Of a stretch of DNA of 64,000 bases, positions 1-11,106 are shown piece after piece. The stretch is taken from assembly GCA_029953675.1 (NCBI GenBank), contig JAMWBK010000007.1, positions 1,736,001 through 1,800,000 of the forward strand, written 5' to 3'. The notes beneath the pieces are model-generated. The model was not told where the DNA came from. It ran no database searches and was given only the letters and a program-made list of their open reading frames with translations. Numbering within the stretch: the first letter of the stretch is position 1; each line of letters begins with the position of its first letter. This DNA is from Rhodosorus marinus CCMP1338 (taxonomy: Eukaryota; Plantae; Rhodophyta). The translations under genes were made by a program, and so were the position numbers.

Positions 1-224
1 AAGGTAAGCCAACATACTCCCTGACAGCTTGACTTCGTTGGACCTCCACAGTCAAACTGTGAACATTGGGTTTGACTTCTGTGTACGGCTCCAGCCTCCT
101 CCTGAAGGTACCGAAGCACCCCAGGATTAGGCTTGTACCACCAAGAGGTCACGGAGCCCGAGACTTTGGCGTAGCCGCTCCCGATGCACCAGCGCCGGTA
201 GTACCTTTTGTCTACATCATCCGG

Positions 225-351
225 TTTATTCAGAGCCTAACTGCCCTGAGAAGCGAGAAACAAGACACTGATGACGCGCGTCCAACAATAAAGCAGCGTT
301 GGATCGCCACAGGGTCAAGGACAGCTCCGTGAGGAGGCTAGCAAGACGCCC
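225..351 (+). repeat. ~127-bp direct repeat, copy 1 (copy 2 at 1583-1709), flanking the integrase remnant
   Basis: tttattcagagcctaact(g/a)ccctgagaagcgagaaa...ggtcaaggacagctccgtgaggaggc occurs twice with only scattered substitutions. Confidence 0.92.
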
Positions 352-1257
352 TCGGTTGTTCCGAAAGAGTCCACGAAGCCAACGAGAACCTACACTATCA
401 ACTAATCCAGAGCACTCGATGGTGGGTGGGACAAACCAACGCGGAGGAGACTCCAATTTTGTGTGAGAATTGTACACTTTTTTCCGCTTTTTATCCCTTT
501 TTTGTACTTTTTTACACTTTTTATCAGTCGGGCATCTAAGGTCGACTGAGCCTAGAATCATCCATTCGTGTATAGACGTTTGTCCAAAAACACTCCAAAA
601 GCCCGTTCAGAATAGATAAGACAATCAGGGGTTCTCAAGAGCGCGGGAACTTCATGTAGTTTGCGTGGGTCATTGTCCTCAGACCCCAGCTCTGAACCCG
701 CTATATAGGCAGTAGTTTCTGAGCTTTTCTTAAAGCCTTTTGCTCAGTTTATAGCGTTTTGCACATGTTACCCTTTTTTGCGCTTTTTGGCACTCGTATT
801 CTTTTATGTGGTACCCCTCGAGGTGGGAGAGCCGCCCCTCTTGGAACAAACCGATAGGACAATGCCGAATCTCGAAGCGTGGAGTCTAACATAGCCGCAG
901 CGTGTTGGGATTCATACGTGTCAAAGAGAGCCCGACGTACCTCTCTCTAGGGACCGATGTACGTATACTGTCCCTTCCGCTTCCGCTCATTGGACACTAA
1001 CACGCGGATACTCTCCTCGTTCGTGTCTGCTCGAACTAGCGCGTCGTACTGGGACTCCATCTGCTGCTATGCTCCGTCCAAACCACAACTGATTCGCGCA
1101 TCTTACCAATAGATTTCAGGAACTCAGCTCGTTCACGAACTGCTGCCAGTTCGTCCACCTGATCAACCACGACCGGCGTTTGATCCAAGGGGTATTCGCG
1201 GTGGTTCTCCGCAAAGGAATAGCTCCAAAAAGAATTTGGAGCGGAGTATTCCAGAGA

Positions 1258-1555
1258 CACGCGAAGGTGCATCCGTTGCCTACCGTGAACCTGTTCCAGC
1301 GGTGGCATCTGGAATTTAGCGGACGATTACCCGCCTCTCGAAGTTTTGGTAACAGATAGATAATGGTGCCGTGGATTCGTTGTCGAGATGGTCGGAGGTG
1401 CGGTTGATGAGAGAAGCTCGGCTGAAAGCGTGGCGAGGTTCATCTATGAGGAGATTGTGACACATTATGCTGCTCCGGAAGTAATTCTGAAGGATCGAGG
1501 TCAGAATTTCATGGCGCAAGTCGTACGTGAGTACTTAACAGCTCTTACCGACAAA
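1258..1555 (+). mobile_element. Decayed Ty3/gypsy-type retrotransposon integrase (rve core) with frameshifts and a stop
   Basis: Joining frames gives HPLPTVNLFQRWHLEFSGRLPASRSFGNR*IMV/AVDSLSRWSEVRLMR/SAESVARFIYEEIVTHYAAPEVILKDRGQNFMAQVVREYL. This follows the gypsy integrase pattern FxRWHIDFxGPLP..GNRYILVAVDxxSRW..AxxVA..PxxIxSDRGxNF. There are two frameshifts and one TAG. Confidence 0.82.
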
Positions 1556-1582
1556 ACAGATGTTTACATCGATGATGATCCA

Positions 1583-1709
1583 TTTATTCAGAGCCTAACT
1601 ACCCTGAGAAGCGAGAAAAAAGACGCTGATGACGCGCGTCCAACAATAAAGCAGCGTTGGAACGCCACAAGGTCAAGGACAGCTCCGTGAGGAGGCGATC
1701 AAGACGACC
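1583..1709 (+). repeat. ~127-bp direct repeat, copy 2
   Basis: Near-identical to 225-351. Confidence 0.92.
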
Positions 1710-2163
1710 TACATCCGCATATCATCGCCGGGGGACGAAGTCGCGACGCTCGCACTCTCATCGTTAAGTTAAGTTTGCCTGATGTACGTACCGGTCCCAA
1801 CGGTTGACCGCGCCATGTGTCAATTTCACCAACGCCTCCTGGAACGTCTGATTCCACCGCTCCACTCCCGAGTCCGTCGCGGGTGCTATGCGGATGTAAA
1901 CACCTGTTCGGTCGGTAAGAGCTTACAGCTCTTACCGTCAGTCAATATTCTCTTAATAGATTGAATTAGAAAGTGACACTTAAAGGAATATTTTAGTTTG
2001 CTGAATGGGGGCTTGGCTGCTTAATTCTGGTTTGGGATCTATTGGATTGATGATGCTAGCAGTGGGTCGACGACAGTGGAGGAGCCCTTCGATTGTGGTT
2101 TGGTATAATTTTTTTTTTTTCCCTTCTTTGACTTTCTAAGGTTGTAGGCGTTGAATTTGACGG

Positions 2164-3344
2164 ATGTTGACGAAGATCAGGACATCAGCTCCCGGCAAGG
2201 TGATCCTATTTGGTGAGCATAGTGTGGTTTACGGGAAACGTTGTCTGGCCACGGCAATCGATCGGCGGACTTATGTCACTCTTGAAGGGCGGGCTGAGAG
2301 CGGCGAGATCGAGGTGAGCGCGCTTGATCAAGTGTTCGATGGACCTCTTGATGGACTGAGGGCCCGATGTGAGGAGAGCGGGGAGGAGCCGTTCGGAATG
2401 TGTCTCGGGGTCATCCTGGCTATTGTACAGTGGTGCTGCGACGCACCGGTTCTGGCGTTCGACGGCTTTTCGCTTACAATCGAATCCGATATACCCATAA
2501 GAAGAGGTCTCGGGTCCTCAGCGTCTTTCTGTGTGGCGACCACGAGCGCGGTGCTTCTCAAATTTGGAAAGATCTCAAACAAGCTTACCGACTTGGACAA
2601 GAAGCTGGTCAACGAAGTCGCCTTCGAGATGGAGACGAAGATCCATGGCCGGGCCTCTGGCGTTGACAATACAATCTGCCTGTACGGGGGAATTCTCTCC
2701 AAACTGGGGAGCTCACTGGACGTGCTCCCAGGTATCCAATTGCCGCTCCTGATCATTGACACGCTCGTACCGCGCAACACATCGGAACAAGTCGCAAGAG
2801 TCAAGGACAGGTTGGCGTCACACAGTGCAGTCGGGCATCTCCTTCTGGATACCCTTGGCCATATCGCGGACGAAGCCCTAGTGATTATCAAGCGGAGCAC
2901 CGCCGGGAACCAACTGGACCTTGAAGAGCAGCTTTCCGAACTCTTCGAGATCAATCAAGGTGTCTTGGATGCTCTAGGAGTCGGACATGAAAAGGTAAAC
3001 CAAAAGCCAATACGAGGGTGAGGGACTATGAGGTCCCGGGCTACTGGGCCTATAGCTGACTGGGCTTTAGGGACTGGTGGCCAGCGCGCCTCTGGTATAG
3101 CTAAGCTCGATCGGGTTTCGCGTTTCTCCTTCTGCTTTGCAAGGTGAGCGCCGTTATTTCTTTATGCAAGAAGTATGAATGCCGAGCGGTAAAGATCACC
3201 GGTGCTGGTGGTGGTGGCAGTCTGATTGCCTTGGCTGATAGGAGCAAGTCTGAAGGACAGTCTGTGTCTGCTGCATTGAGGGAGGCTGGATTTTCGGTAT
3301 TAGGGATCACCACTGGGGCTGAAGGTGTCAGGATCGAGAGGTGA
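2164..3344 (+). CDS. MVK: Mevalonate kinase (GHMP family); exons 2164-2994, 3144-3344; 343 aa
   Basis: Motifs SAPGKVILFGEHSVVYG, IPIRRGLGSSA, HGRASGVD and KITGAGGGG. A GT-AG intron joins HEK|VSAV in frame. Confidence 0.93.
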
Positions 3345-3439
3345 ACGTTAAGTTGTCGTGGTCGGGAGATTGGCCTTTGTGAATATTGCTGGAAAGAAAA
3401 CAAAAATTGCTTCATCTGGGAGAGTGGATGATGTTATAG

Positions 3440-4083
3440 TTAGTCTCCTTTCATGCATCCGAAAACCATTCCTTTGCACCCATTGGCGTATCCAATGCTC
3501 TTCATAGTCTCGTACTTTGCTCCTTCGAGGTAATGGAACCTGTTTGCGGTGGTTAGGGCATTGCGGAGAAGTAGAAGCGTGTAAGAGAACGAGGAGTGCC
3601 TGGGATCAAACCAGTCGGGTGCCGTGGCAAGGCTTACTTGTAAGGGATACTGTTGTTGTCAAGTATCCGCGCGACCCAAAGTGGGGAGCTGTAACCCCTT
3701 GATCGTTCGACAGGAAATCCTTGTCCGATTCTGATCTTCTTTCCGCCAACTATCGCGTATGCAATATCGCCCATTGGACCATAGAAATCCACTCTTTCGA
3801 CCTTCTTTGCAGCAATGGCGTCCAAAAACTTCATGTAATCAATACTTTCCTCACCTTCAACTGCCTCAGCACCTCTATCGTCTAATCCTCCGTACCCGCC
3901 CGCTGCATACTCCCATCCATCGGCCCTTGCGCTCTCACCTGTCCCAACGCTCATTGCAACGGCACCAAGCCCACCGATCGCAAGACTCAGAAAACTCCTC
4001 CTCGAAAAGCTCTCATCCACGGCACATCGTGACACGCCATTGGATCTCTCCAATTCCATTCGTAAACCCGCTACAAACGCCAT
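3440..4083 (-). CDS. Plastid thylakoid-lumen protein: transit peptide + Tat signal + FtsH-extracellular/lumenal-like domain, no ATPase; exons 4083-3638, 3539-3440; 181 aa
   Basis: Starts MAFVAG; has SRRSFL + hydrophobic stretch + ARA cleavage site. IDYMKFLDAIAAKKVERVDFY resembles the FtsH lumenal domain (SYSRFLEYLxxxRVxxVDLY). The intron has GTAAG, a CTAAC branch site and CAG. Confidence 0.72.
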
Positions 4084-5247
4084 TCTGTCTCTGTCAAAAC
4101 TTCGATCCGGGTCACCTTGTACGAAAGTCCCCAAACCCCGCGCGACGATGACCAGTTCGTCTTCCCACCACCAGCCTTCCTCATACAAAAGCGCTCCTGA
4201 AGATGAACAGATCAATTGCTCCGCTGAAAGAAGATCGAAAAAGCCTCCAGCGGTGATGGTACTAAAATCACTTTTTGGCAATCTGAGAAGGGGAGATGAA
4301 TACTGATCGCGGGCTGCGAGTGCTCTTCTGTGAAGCGGATGGCTTGTTTTCTGAGCAGACCATAGAAGTTTTGTTTTGAGAAGTTTTCTGGTGGTGTTTT
4401 TTTAGGATTCTTCCTGATCAGCGGGAGTTGAACGAGGATCCCATCGGGAACTGAGCTTCTAATGTTTGCTTAGTGAGCCTGTCGTGCTTCTTCAAATCGA
4501 TGATCACAAAAAGCTGCTTATTCCATTGCAATACCTGTTACCACGACCTCCGCGGCAGAGGCGCGCTCAAGAGTCAAATTACGATATGGCAAGCGGCGTG
4601 TGATGCCCAACAAGAGTCCCAGACCAAGTCTTCAATATGTAACGCTTTCGTCCATTTCACTGAGCTCTTGTTGACAGGCGGATCCGCGACGAACTGCTTG
4701 CGTGATCTCGATTCAGAAAACCTAAATCTTGATTGCTCTTTGCCCAAAGACAACCTTTGCTCTCAACGGCATCTATGCCGCTCTCCATCAAGCGCCCCGA
4801 TCTGAACGTCACAGCAACCTGCGTGGGTTGAGCCGATCAGGACCGCCTAGGGACGGCAAGATAGGATAATAATCAACAACCTGGGCCCGCGCTGCACTTC
4901 TAGACTCAGCCGTACGTCATCCTCAACGTCAATTTGACATGATCGGACCAGGCTTGTTCATCAAGTTAGCTCCGGACATCCGCCGACATGACTGACTCGC
5001 TCCTCGTGAGGAGTGATGTGCCTCAAGCAATCATCATAGTTACGTTTCGTCGGAAGGACTGAGCATCAAAACCAGAAGCGATCCATCGTTCTGGCTTCCA
5101 CGAACAAGAGTAGGAGCTCTGGATACGGGGAGGAAAGTCTCGCAAACTGTCACGACGATTAAGTTACTCTGATGGCCAGCTGCTCTGAATATTATCCGGC
5201 GCGGTGACACAGCTCAATGTGCAACTGATGAGAAATCTTCCTTTCAA

Positions 5248-5879
5248 TTATCGCCTTGGCTTCTTCGCTGTCCTCTCATCTTTACGTGATCCAGTGACCT
5301 GCAGTGATGGGGGTTGGAGCGCTTCCGTAAGAGTCTGCAGGTGTAGACAAAGGCTTTGCTGACTGTGGTTCAATCCTTACATATTTCTCGCGCCAAGATT
5401 TGACTTGCTCGGCAGTGAGCTCGGATTCCTTTTCATACCTTGACTCTTTGCTCTCCTCGTTTGGGGAATTTTTCTGACCTACGGTAAAGATTTCGCAAAT
5501 ATGGATTTTAGCCGTGGGTTATGGAGTTTCTCTCGGGCTCTTTTCCAAGAGGCCGAGACGTACTCTGACCATCCTCAAAATATGGATTAAACCTTTTGAA
5601 CGATCTTCGACCGATCTCGCTTGTAAGCTCGCCGTATGCGCTTTCGTCGATTACGTGAACGCCCCCTTTCTTCGACTTCCTTACGGCGTCTGGAACTCGC
5701 TCAGGCCGGGGAGCAGGCTTAGTAGAAGAATTCGCAGCCGCAGTTTTCTTCTCATCGGTGCTTTCCTCGTCCGCCAACTTGGCTCTCAGGTCACGTTCGC
5801 GCTTTCTTTTCATGAAACGCATGCCCTGGAGCCCAGAGCTCAAGGACTTCACGTGATTGTCGCTCTTTTCCTGAGCCAT
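5248..5879 (-). CDS. MPP6: M-phase phosphoprotein 6 / Mpp6 exosome cofactor; exons 5879-5570, 5478-5381, 5298-5248; ~152 aa
   Basis: Family motifs SLSSGLQGMRFMKR and GRRSFKRFNP; spliced frame is continuous. Confidence 0.8.
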
Positions 5880-6556
5880 GGTCCTCCCAGCCAAGGCTGC
5901 CGGAGCAACTTCACAGCGAACAAGAAAACCAAAAACCAGCCAGAAAGTCTACGAAATGTCTCTGTGGCTACAACATCTTCGCCATACCTCTCGAAAAAGT
6001 CGGCAGACCTCTCCACCAGACCAGCCACCCAAACCGCAGCCGCAAAATCAGAACATCGAGCAAGTTCTATCTATTCGTCCGTCTCTTGCCAAACGGAGTT
6101 GCACAGGGGTCGTCAGATGACCGCATCGCTCGATCGCGCAAGGGGAGCTGTGTCAGATAAGACAACAACATCCCTATACCGATCCTCATACACCCGACGA
6201 GCTCAACTCATAACCCAAGACGTTCCAAGTGCAATTACGTGAAATTACATGTAATTATATGCAACTAAAATGAAACTCTTTTCGTGCGTAATTGCGCTAA
6301 ATGTATGTTATTCACGTACTATAGAACATAATTACGGCGTCGGGAGTATTGGTTTTTGTTTTCTGAATTTTTGAGGGGGTGGAATTTGCAGTTTCGTATC
6401 TGACGGAGTTTCGTATCATGACGGAGTGACATTGGTTTGGGAGAGTTGGGCGAGTGGAAAGGGTGGGGAAGGAGGTGTGGGGAAAGGAGCGAACACGTGA
6501 GATGGTTTAAGAATAGCAAGTGAAAAAATTCGTTTAGGTAGAGAAAGATTGTCGCT

Positions 6557-7519
6557 ATGGCTGATATTGAATCCCATTTTGAGCTTCCGGAAGGGTACGA
6601 GGAAGAGATGTTTGAAGCGTTCGAACTTTTCGACAAGAATGCGGATGGTAAGTTTCTCCGGGGAGCTTTGGGGGGTTTGAGTAGTTTTGTTTGTGTCGAA
6701 TTTGGGCGTTCAGTTTTTTTTTCGCTGTTTTCTTCTGATTCCTGACATTGCTTGAACAATATATGCGGACAGGGTTTATCGATTTCAAGGAGATGAAGTT
6801 GCTGTTGAGGTCCCTCGGGCTGCGGGTCAACAACCATGAAGCTAGAAATGTCTTTGGAGACGCTGATGAGAATGGCGCTGGACGAATTGATTTCGACAAC
6901 TTTCGAATGGCCATGGCTAAGGACTTGGTAAGCTTTCCGGCCGTCACCTTCCAGCTCACCCATCACTGGCTCTGAGTATTCGTTCTAGTCCAACATTGAT
7001 TCTGAACGTGATTGAACATCTTGATGTGAACAGCAAAAAAGAGAAGCATTGGAATCCAAGCTTGAGCACAAAATAGCCTTCACGCTAATGGACACGGACA
7101 AAACTGGGAGCCTTTCCTTCACAAACATTCGAGAAGCGGCGAATCGAGTTGGCGAAGTAAGAAATTGAATTCACTCGTATTGGCACGGAAGCGTTTCCAA
7201 TGACCCTTGCCTTCCGAAAAGCCTTGAAGTAGCTCACGTCGTCTCAGCGAAAAATACCTTCTCTAACGAAAGCCTCGAAAACCCAATCGAACCCCTTTTT
7301 GCAGTTGATTACAGACGAACAAATCAACAACATGATCGAAGACGCTGCTGGGGAGGGCGCTAAGCAAGTAAGCTTCCAGGAGTATTCAAATTTGATGGTA
7401 AGAGCCATATGAGAAAGAATACAAACGCGCTTAGGCCTTAGGCCCCTCGTCCTTACCACAATCAACTAACACGATCCAAACCCTTTCATCCTCTTCAGAA
7501 CGAAGTCCAACTTTGGTGA
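6557..7519 (+). CDS. Centrin-like EF-hand protein; exons 6557-6647, 6773-6927, 7034-7156, 7305-7397, 7499-7519; 160 aa
   Basis: AFELFDKNADGFIDFKEMKLLLRSLG and MDTDKTGSLSFTNIREAANRVGELITDEQINNMIEDA match the centrin pattern. All four introns are GT-AG and restore the frame. Confidence 0.82.
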
Positions 7520-7842
7520 AGAAATCCCATAATTTTTGTTATTCTCCATAATTATCACTATTTCAATATCCAACGAGCTTCGTATTGGGTACATACAAGT
7601 GTATGCTCCCCTCTGGATACTCTAATTGGAAACTATCTTTCACTATGAATGAAACTACCACAATCTTATTGGATGAAAAATTGATAGACAATTCTTCATT
7701 GGCTAATATGGTTTGCACAGTAAATGGACCAATCATCGAAATCTTTGATTTGTGAAGCCGAATGGGCTAGATTTGCGTAACATTCGTATTTTCCCGGAAT
7801 TTTTTGGACTAAAAAAAAGTTCGATTAATACAGATGAGTAAT

Positions 7843-7854
7843 GTATCATCGGCC
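7843..7854 (-). promoter_or_regulatory. Candidate promoter motif GGCCGATGATAC (reverse-strand copy)
   Basis: gtatcatcggcc in the AT-rich spacer upstream of the EamA gene; the same motif occurs at 58413, 58473 and 62557. Confidence 0.5.
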
Positions 7855-8315
7855 AAATTGAGTTGTCCCTATTTTTGAGGTTGTATGGACCTGAAGCGTT
7901 TTGTGGCTTTCTAATGTCATTTTTATCGGCGATTGCTTGAGGAAGAAGAGATGTCGAGAAGGGATGTGACGGGGAGGGGGAGTTGGGTAGGGAGAGCTTG
8001 GAGAGCTGCCTTGGTGTTCTGCGTTGTGTGGGAACTGGATTTTTTGTATTAGTAACTGCTCAGCTGTTAGTTTCGCTGGTGGACTGCTTTTGCAGTTTTG
8101 CTTTGATGAGGTTCGGCTTTGGGTTGTTGCAGCCCCTAGCAGTGCATTTCTGTAATTGAGGAAGTTGACTTGAAGCTGTTTGCGGTTCTCAGCATTTGGT
8201 CGTCGAGCTCTGGATGTTCTGCGTTGCGTTGAAGTAAGGAAAAGATTGAAAGCGGCTGAAATGTGTTATGTATAAATGAACCTGGTTGAGAGGAGAGCCT
8301 GGGAATAAGTTGACG

Positions 8316-9624
8316 ATGGTAGGGAGGATAGAAACTCTCCGAACGGGGAGCGGGAAGCCTTCTGTGCCTACAAGCATTAGGGGCGATGTTGGATTTCTTT
8401 TGAGTAACCCTGGTTTTCATCCGAAAAAATCTGGACGGTTATCCGTATCCAGGCGACTTATCAAAAGATGCGTTCAGCAGATGCCGAAGACCAAAGAAGC
8501 TGAGGAGGTCGAGGTTGCGCCCTTGGGTGAGCCGCAGAGAGCGAAAAGTGAGAATGGCGGGGGCTTGAAGGGTATTGGCAGAACGATTCCTGTCCTGTTG
8601 TTGAACGCGGTGACAGTGTTGTGGGGTTCACAACACGCTGTTATCAAATACGCCGTTGATTTTGATCACCTCTCACCGGACGTGCTTAACCTTGACCGGT
8701 TTTTGCTTGCAGCCATTGTCTTAACCCCATTCCTTCAGAGCTCCGGTTCCTCATGGGCCGGGTCTAGATCTCAGAGAAGGAATAGGGAAAGGAAAGGATT
8801 CGACTTAGGGGCCTTCCTGGCTGGTGGTGAACTGGGACTTTGGATGTTCGCCGGATATTCATTGCAGTCCCTTGGACTGCTAACCACGACTGCTGGGAAA
8901 AGCGCATTTTTATTATATCTCAACGTGAAAATAGTTCCCATACTATCGGCAACGCTTTACAGACGAAAGATACCGTGGAGTACATGGGGTTCAGCAGCGT
9001 TGGCGGTGCTGGGTACGAGCTTACTCTGCTTCGACGGCGGGTCCGCGCCGACCTCGGGCGATATTCTCTCCATCGGAGCAGCTTTCTGTTCAGCCATGTT
9101 TATCCTCCGACTGAGCACCGCAGCGAAGGAGTACAATACCGCAGAATTGAGCGTCTACAGCTTGTGGACCACAGTGATCCTATGCGGATCGTGGGTTGCT
9201 TTCAGTGAGCAGCCCAAGTCACTGCAGGCACTTATTCCCTCCGCCGCAGACGCTCCCGCGATCTTGTATCTGGGACTTGTAACCACCGCCTTAACCACAA
9301 TACTACAGACATTTGGACAGAGATATGTCAAGGCCGAGAAGGTAACCACGGCAATGTCTTTCACAAGCGAATGCCTTGCGTTGAGCTCCCTCTGAAAATT
9401 CTGCGCTATCTTTTGTGCTGTATTAGGCCGCCTTAATTTATGCGCTTGATCCGGTGTACGCGGCGATCTTTTCCTATGTCTTCCTGAGCGAAAAGCTCGG
9501 AGAGGCAGGAATCGCAGGCGCTTTTCTTCTCACTTTTGCAGCACTAGTTAGCCAAGTAGACACGCTGAAGTATATCAGCAGCTTTTTCTCGAATATGTCC
9601 GGACGGGTTAGGTCCGAGAAGTAG
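8316..9624 (+). CDS. EamA/DMT-superfamily transporter with N-terminal extension (possibly organellar); exons ~8316-9341, 9427-9624
   Basis: About 10 hydrophobic segments, LWGSQHAVIK, YSLQSLGLLTTTAGKSAFL, ALIYALDPVYAAIFSYVFLSE. The start codon is uncertain. Confidence 0.85.
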
Positions 9625-9757
9625 TCTTAGAGATGGCCCGCAAACAAATCTAACAGATTAACCCATAAAATTCTTACTTATAGTTCACACGCAAGGTCCT
9701 CAAGAACTCACAGTCACCGCGTAGAGCCACAATCAATTGTGATGAGGACTGATCACC

Positions 9758-10195
9758 CTACCAGGAGTCCCCAGCGGTCTCGAGTTGTTTCTTGAGACCA
9801 CGAAGCTTCTGGGCCGAGCACTTGTTCGAATGTTTAGAAGAATTCAGCTTCCTGCACGTCTTACTGCAGAATAGTGCTCCGCACTGAAAGGGGCACTTCA
9901 CGCCCTCCGCTACCACGGAATTTGAGCAGCCGGAGCACGAGCGTGAGTTATTCATATGGGGAGTGGTCTTCGAACCAGGCATTGCCTGGTCATCGTTCTC
10001 AATCTTGCTCAATTCCTTCCGAAAGAATTCCTGCTCCGAATTTGTTAACGCAGGTAAAAGAATGGAGACCAAATCCTTCGCGTCACCGCATATTTCGTCT
10101 CCGGCGACCTGCCCTCCATTCTTCTCCTTCTCGAGTCGAGTCTCTAACGCTTTAAGTTTATTCTCACTTTCCTCAAGCAGTTTTTCTAGATCCAT
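9758..10195 (-). CDS. Coiled-coil + C-terminal MYND-type zinc finger protein (may have a 5' exon at 10254-10412)
   Basis: CSGC..CPFQC..FCSKTC..HSNKC has MYND spacing; the N-terminus is heptad-rich. Confidence 0.6.
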   Translation of the reverse strand: MDLEKLLEESENKLKALETRLEKEKNGGQVAGDEICGDAKDLVSILLPALTNSEQEFFRKELSKIENDDQAMPGSKTTPHMNNSRSCSGCSNSVVAEGVKCPFQCGALFCSKTCRKLNSSKHSNKCSAQKLRGLKKQLETAGDSW

Positions 10196-10771
10196 CGCCT
10201 AACTTCAAGGCAAAGAGGACATCTCATTAAGATGCGTAAAGAGCAATTCCCACCCACCTCTCCAAACGAACCATACCACAGGCCTGCCAAGAGCCGGCCT
10301 TTGACGCGTCTTCTTCCAGTTTTAAGGAAGGCGTCAGTTTAGTAGTATTAAAACGGCGCTTACTAACCAGCAACGTGGGCCCGGAGCAATGTAGCAATGA
10401 GGCATGCCTCATTGCTAAAATGATAAAACTTCCTCGGATTACATTGATTTAAGGCACTATCTGGGCCTGAGCCCAAATCGGGTATGCCGCATTGAAAAAT
10501 TTATTTTATATATTCATAAACGGGTTGCCCCATTACTTCGTTCTATAATGTAACTATGATACAATATTTTGACGCTCATTCGTATCATGAAAATAAGTTG
10601 AATGCCCTATGTGAAAATGAATTATTGAATTTAAATTGATGAGCGAGTCGGAATCGCCGATATGGATTGCCCCGAGGGCACTGGGGTCTCATCACGATTG
10701 CGAAACAGTCAAGAAGCCAGGTCACTCCTGAGCTCCCGATGAATCCAAAGGTCTCACTATCAAGCACAAAA

Positions 10772-11106
10772 GCCGCTTCCAATCTCTTCTTAGTCTCGCT
10801 CTGCTTAGTTCTCCTTTCTCGGGGTTGTTGCCCCCCGAATAGATGTCCGGGTGACGCGCTCCTTACCTTTCCATATGGTTCCCGTGTTACTCAGAGCATA
10901 ACTATATCCTGACAAGCGGGTAAAAAAGACGCTTCTGAAGCGGCGTTGATTGCGTGGGTGCTTTGGGGATCAACCTTGAGTGTTGGACGCCGCTTCCAAT
11001 TCCTTCTTAGTCTCGCTCTGCTTAGTTCTCCTTTCTCGGGGTTGTTGCTCCTCAATAGATTTAAAGATGGCGTGCTCTTTACGTTTCCATATTGCTCCCG
11101 TGTTAC
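10772..11106. repeat. ~118-bp duplicated segment (10772-10890 and 10989-11106)
   Basis: gccgcttccaat..ttcttagtctcgctctgcttagttctcctttctcggggttgttgc..cccgtgttac is repeated at a 217-bp offset. Confidence 0.88.

Noticed and set aside
1555-1580. VYIDD as a reverse-transcriptase YxDD motif
   Set aside because: It is five residues with no surrounding RT sequence and lies downstream of the integrase, which is the wrong order for gypsy pol.
4300-5240. Small hairpins (ccagaa..ttctgg near 5072-5094; ctcctcgtgaggag near 5000) and ORF 4473-4805
   Set aside because: The stems are short enough to occur by chance, and the ORF lacks ATG context and homology.
5514-6242. 242-aa plus-strand ORF
   Set aside because: Mostly antisense to MPP6, with low-complexity composition and no motif.
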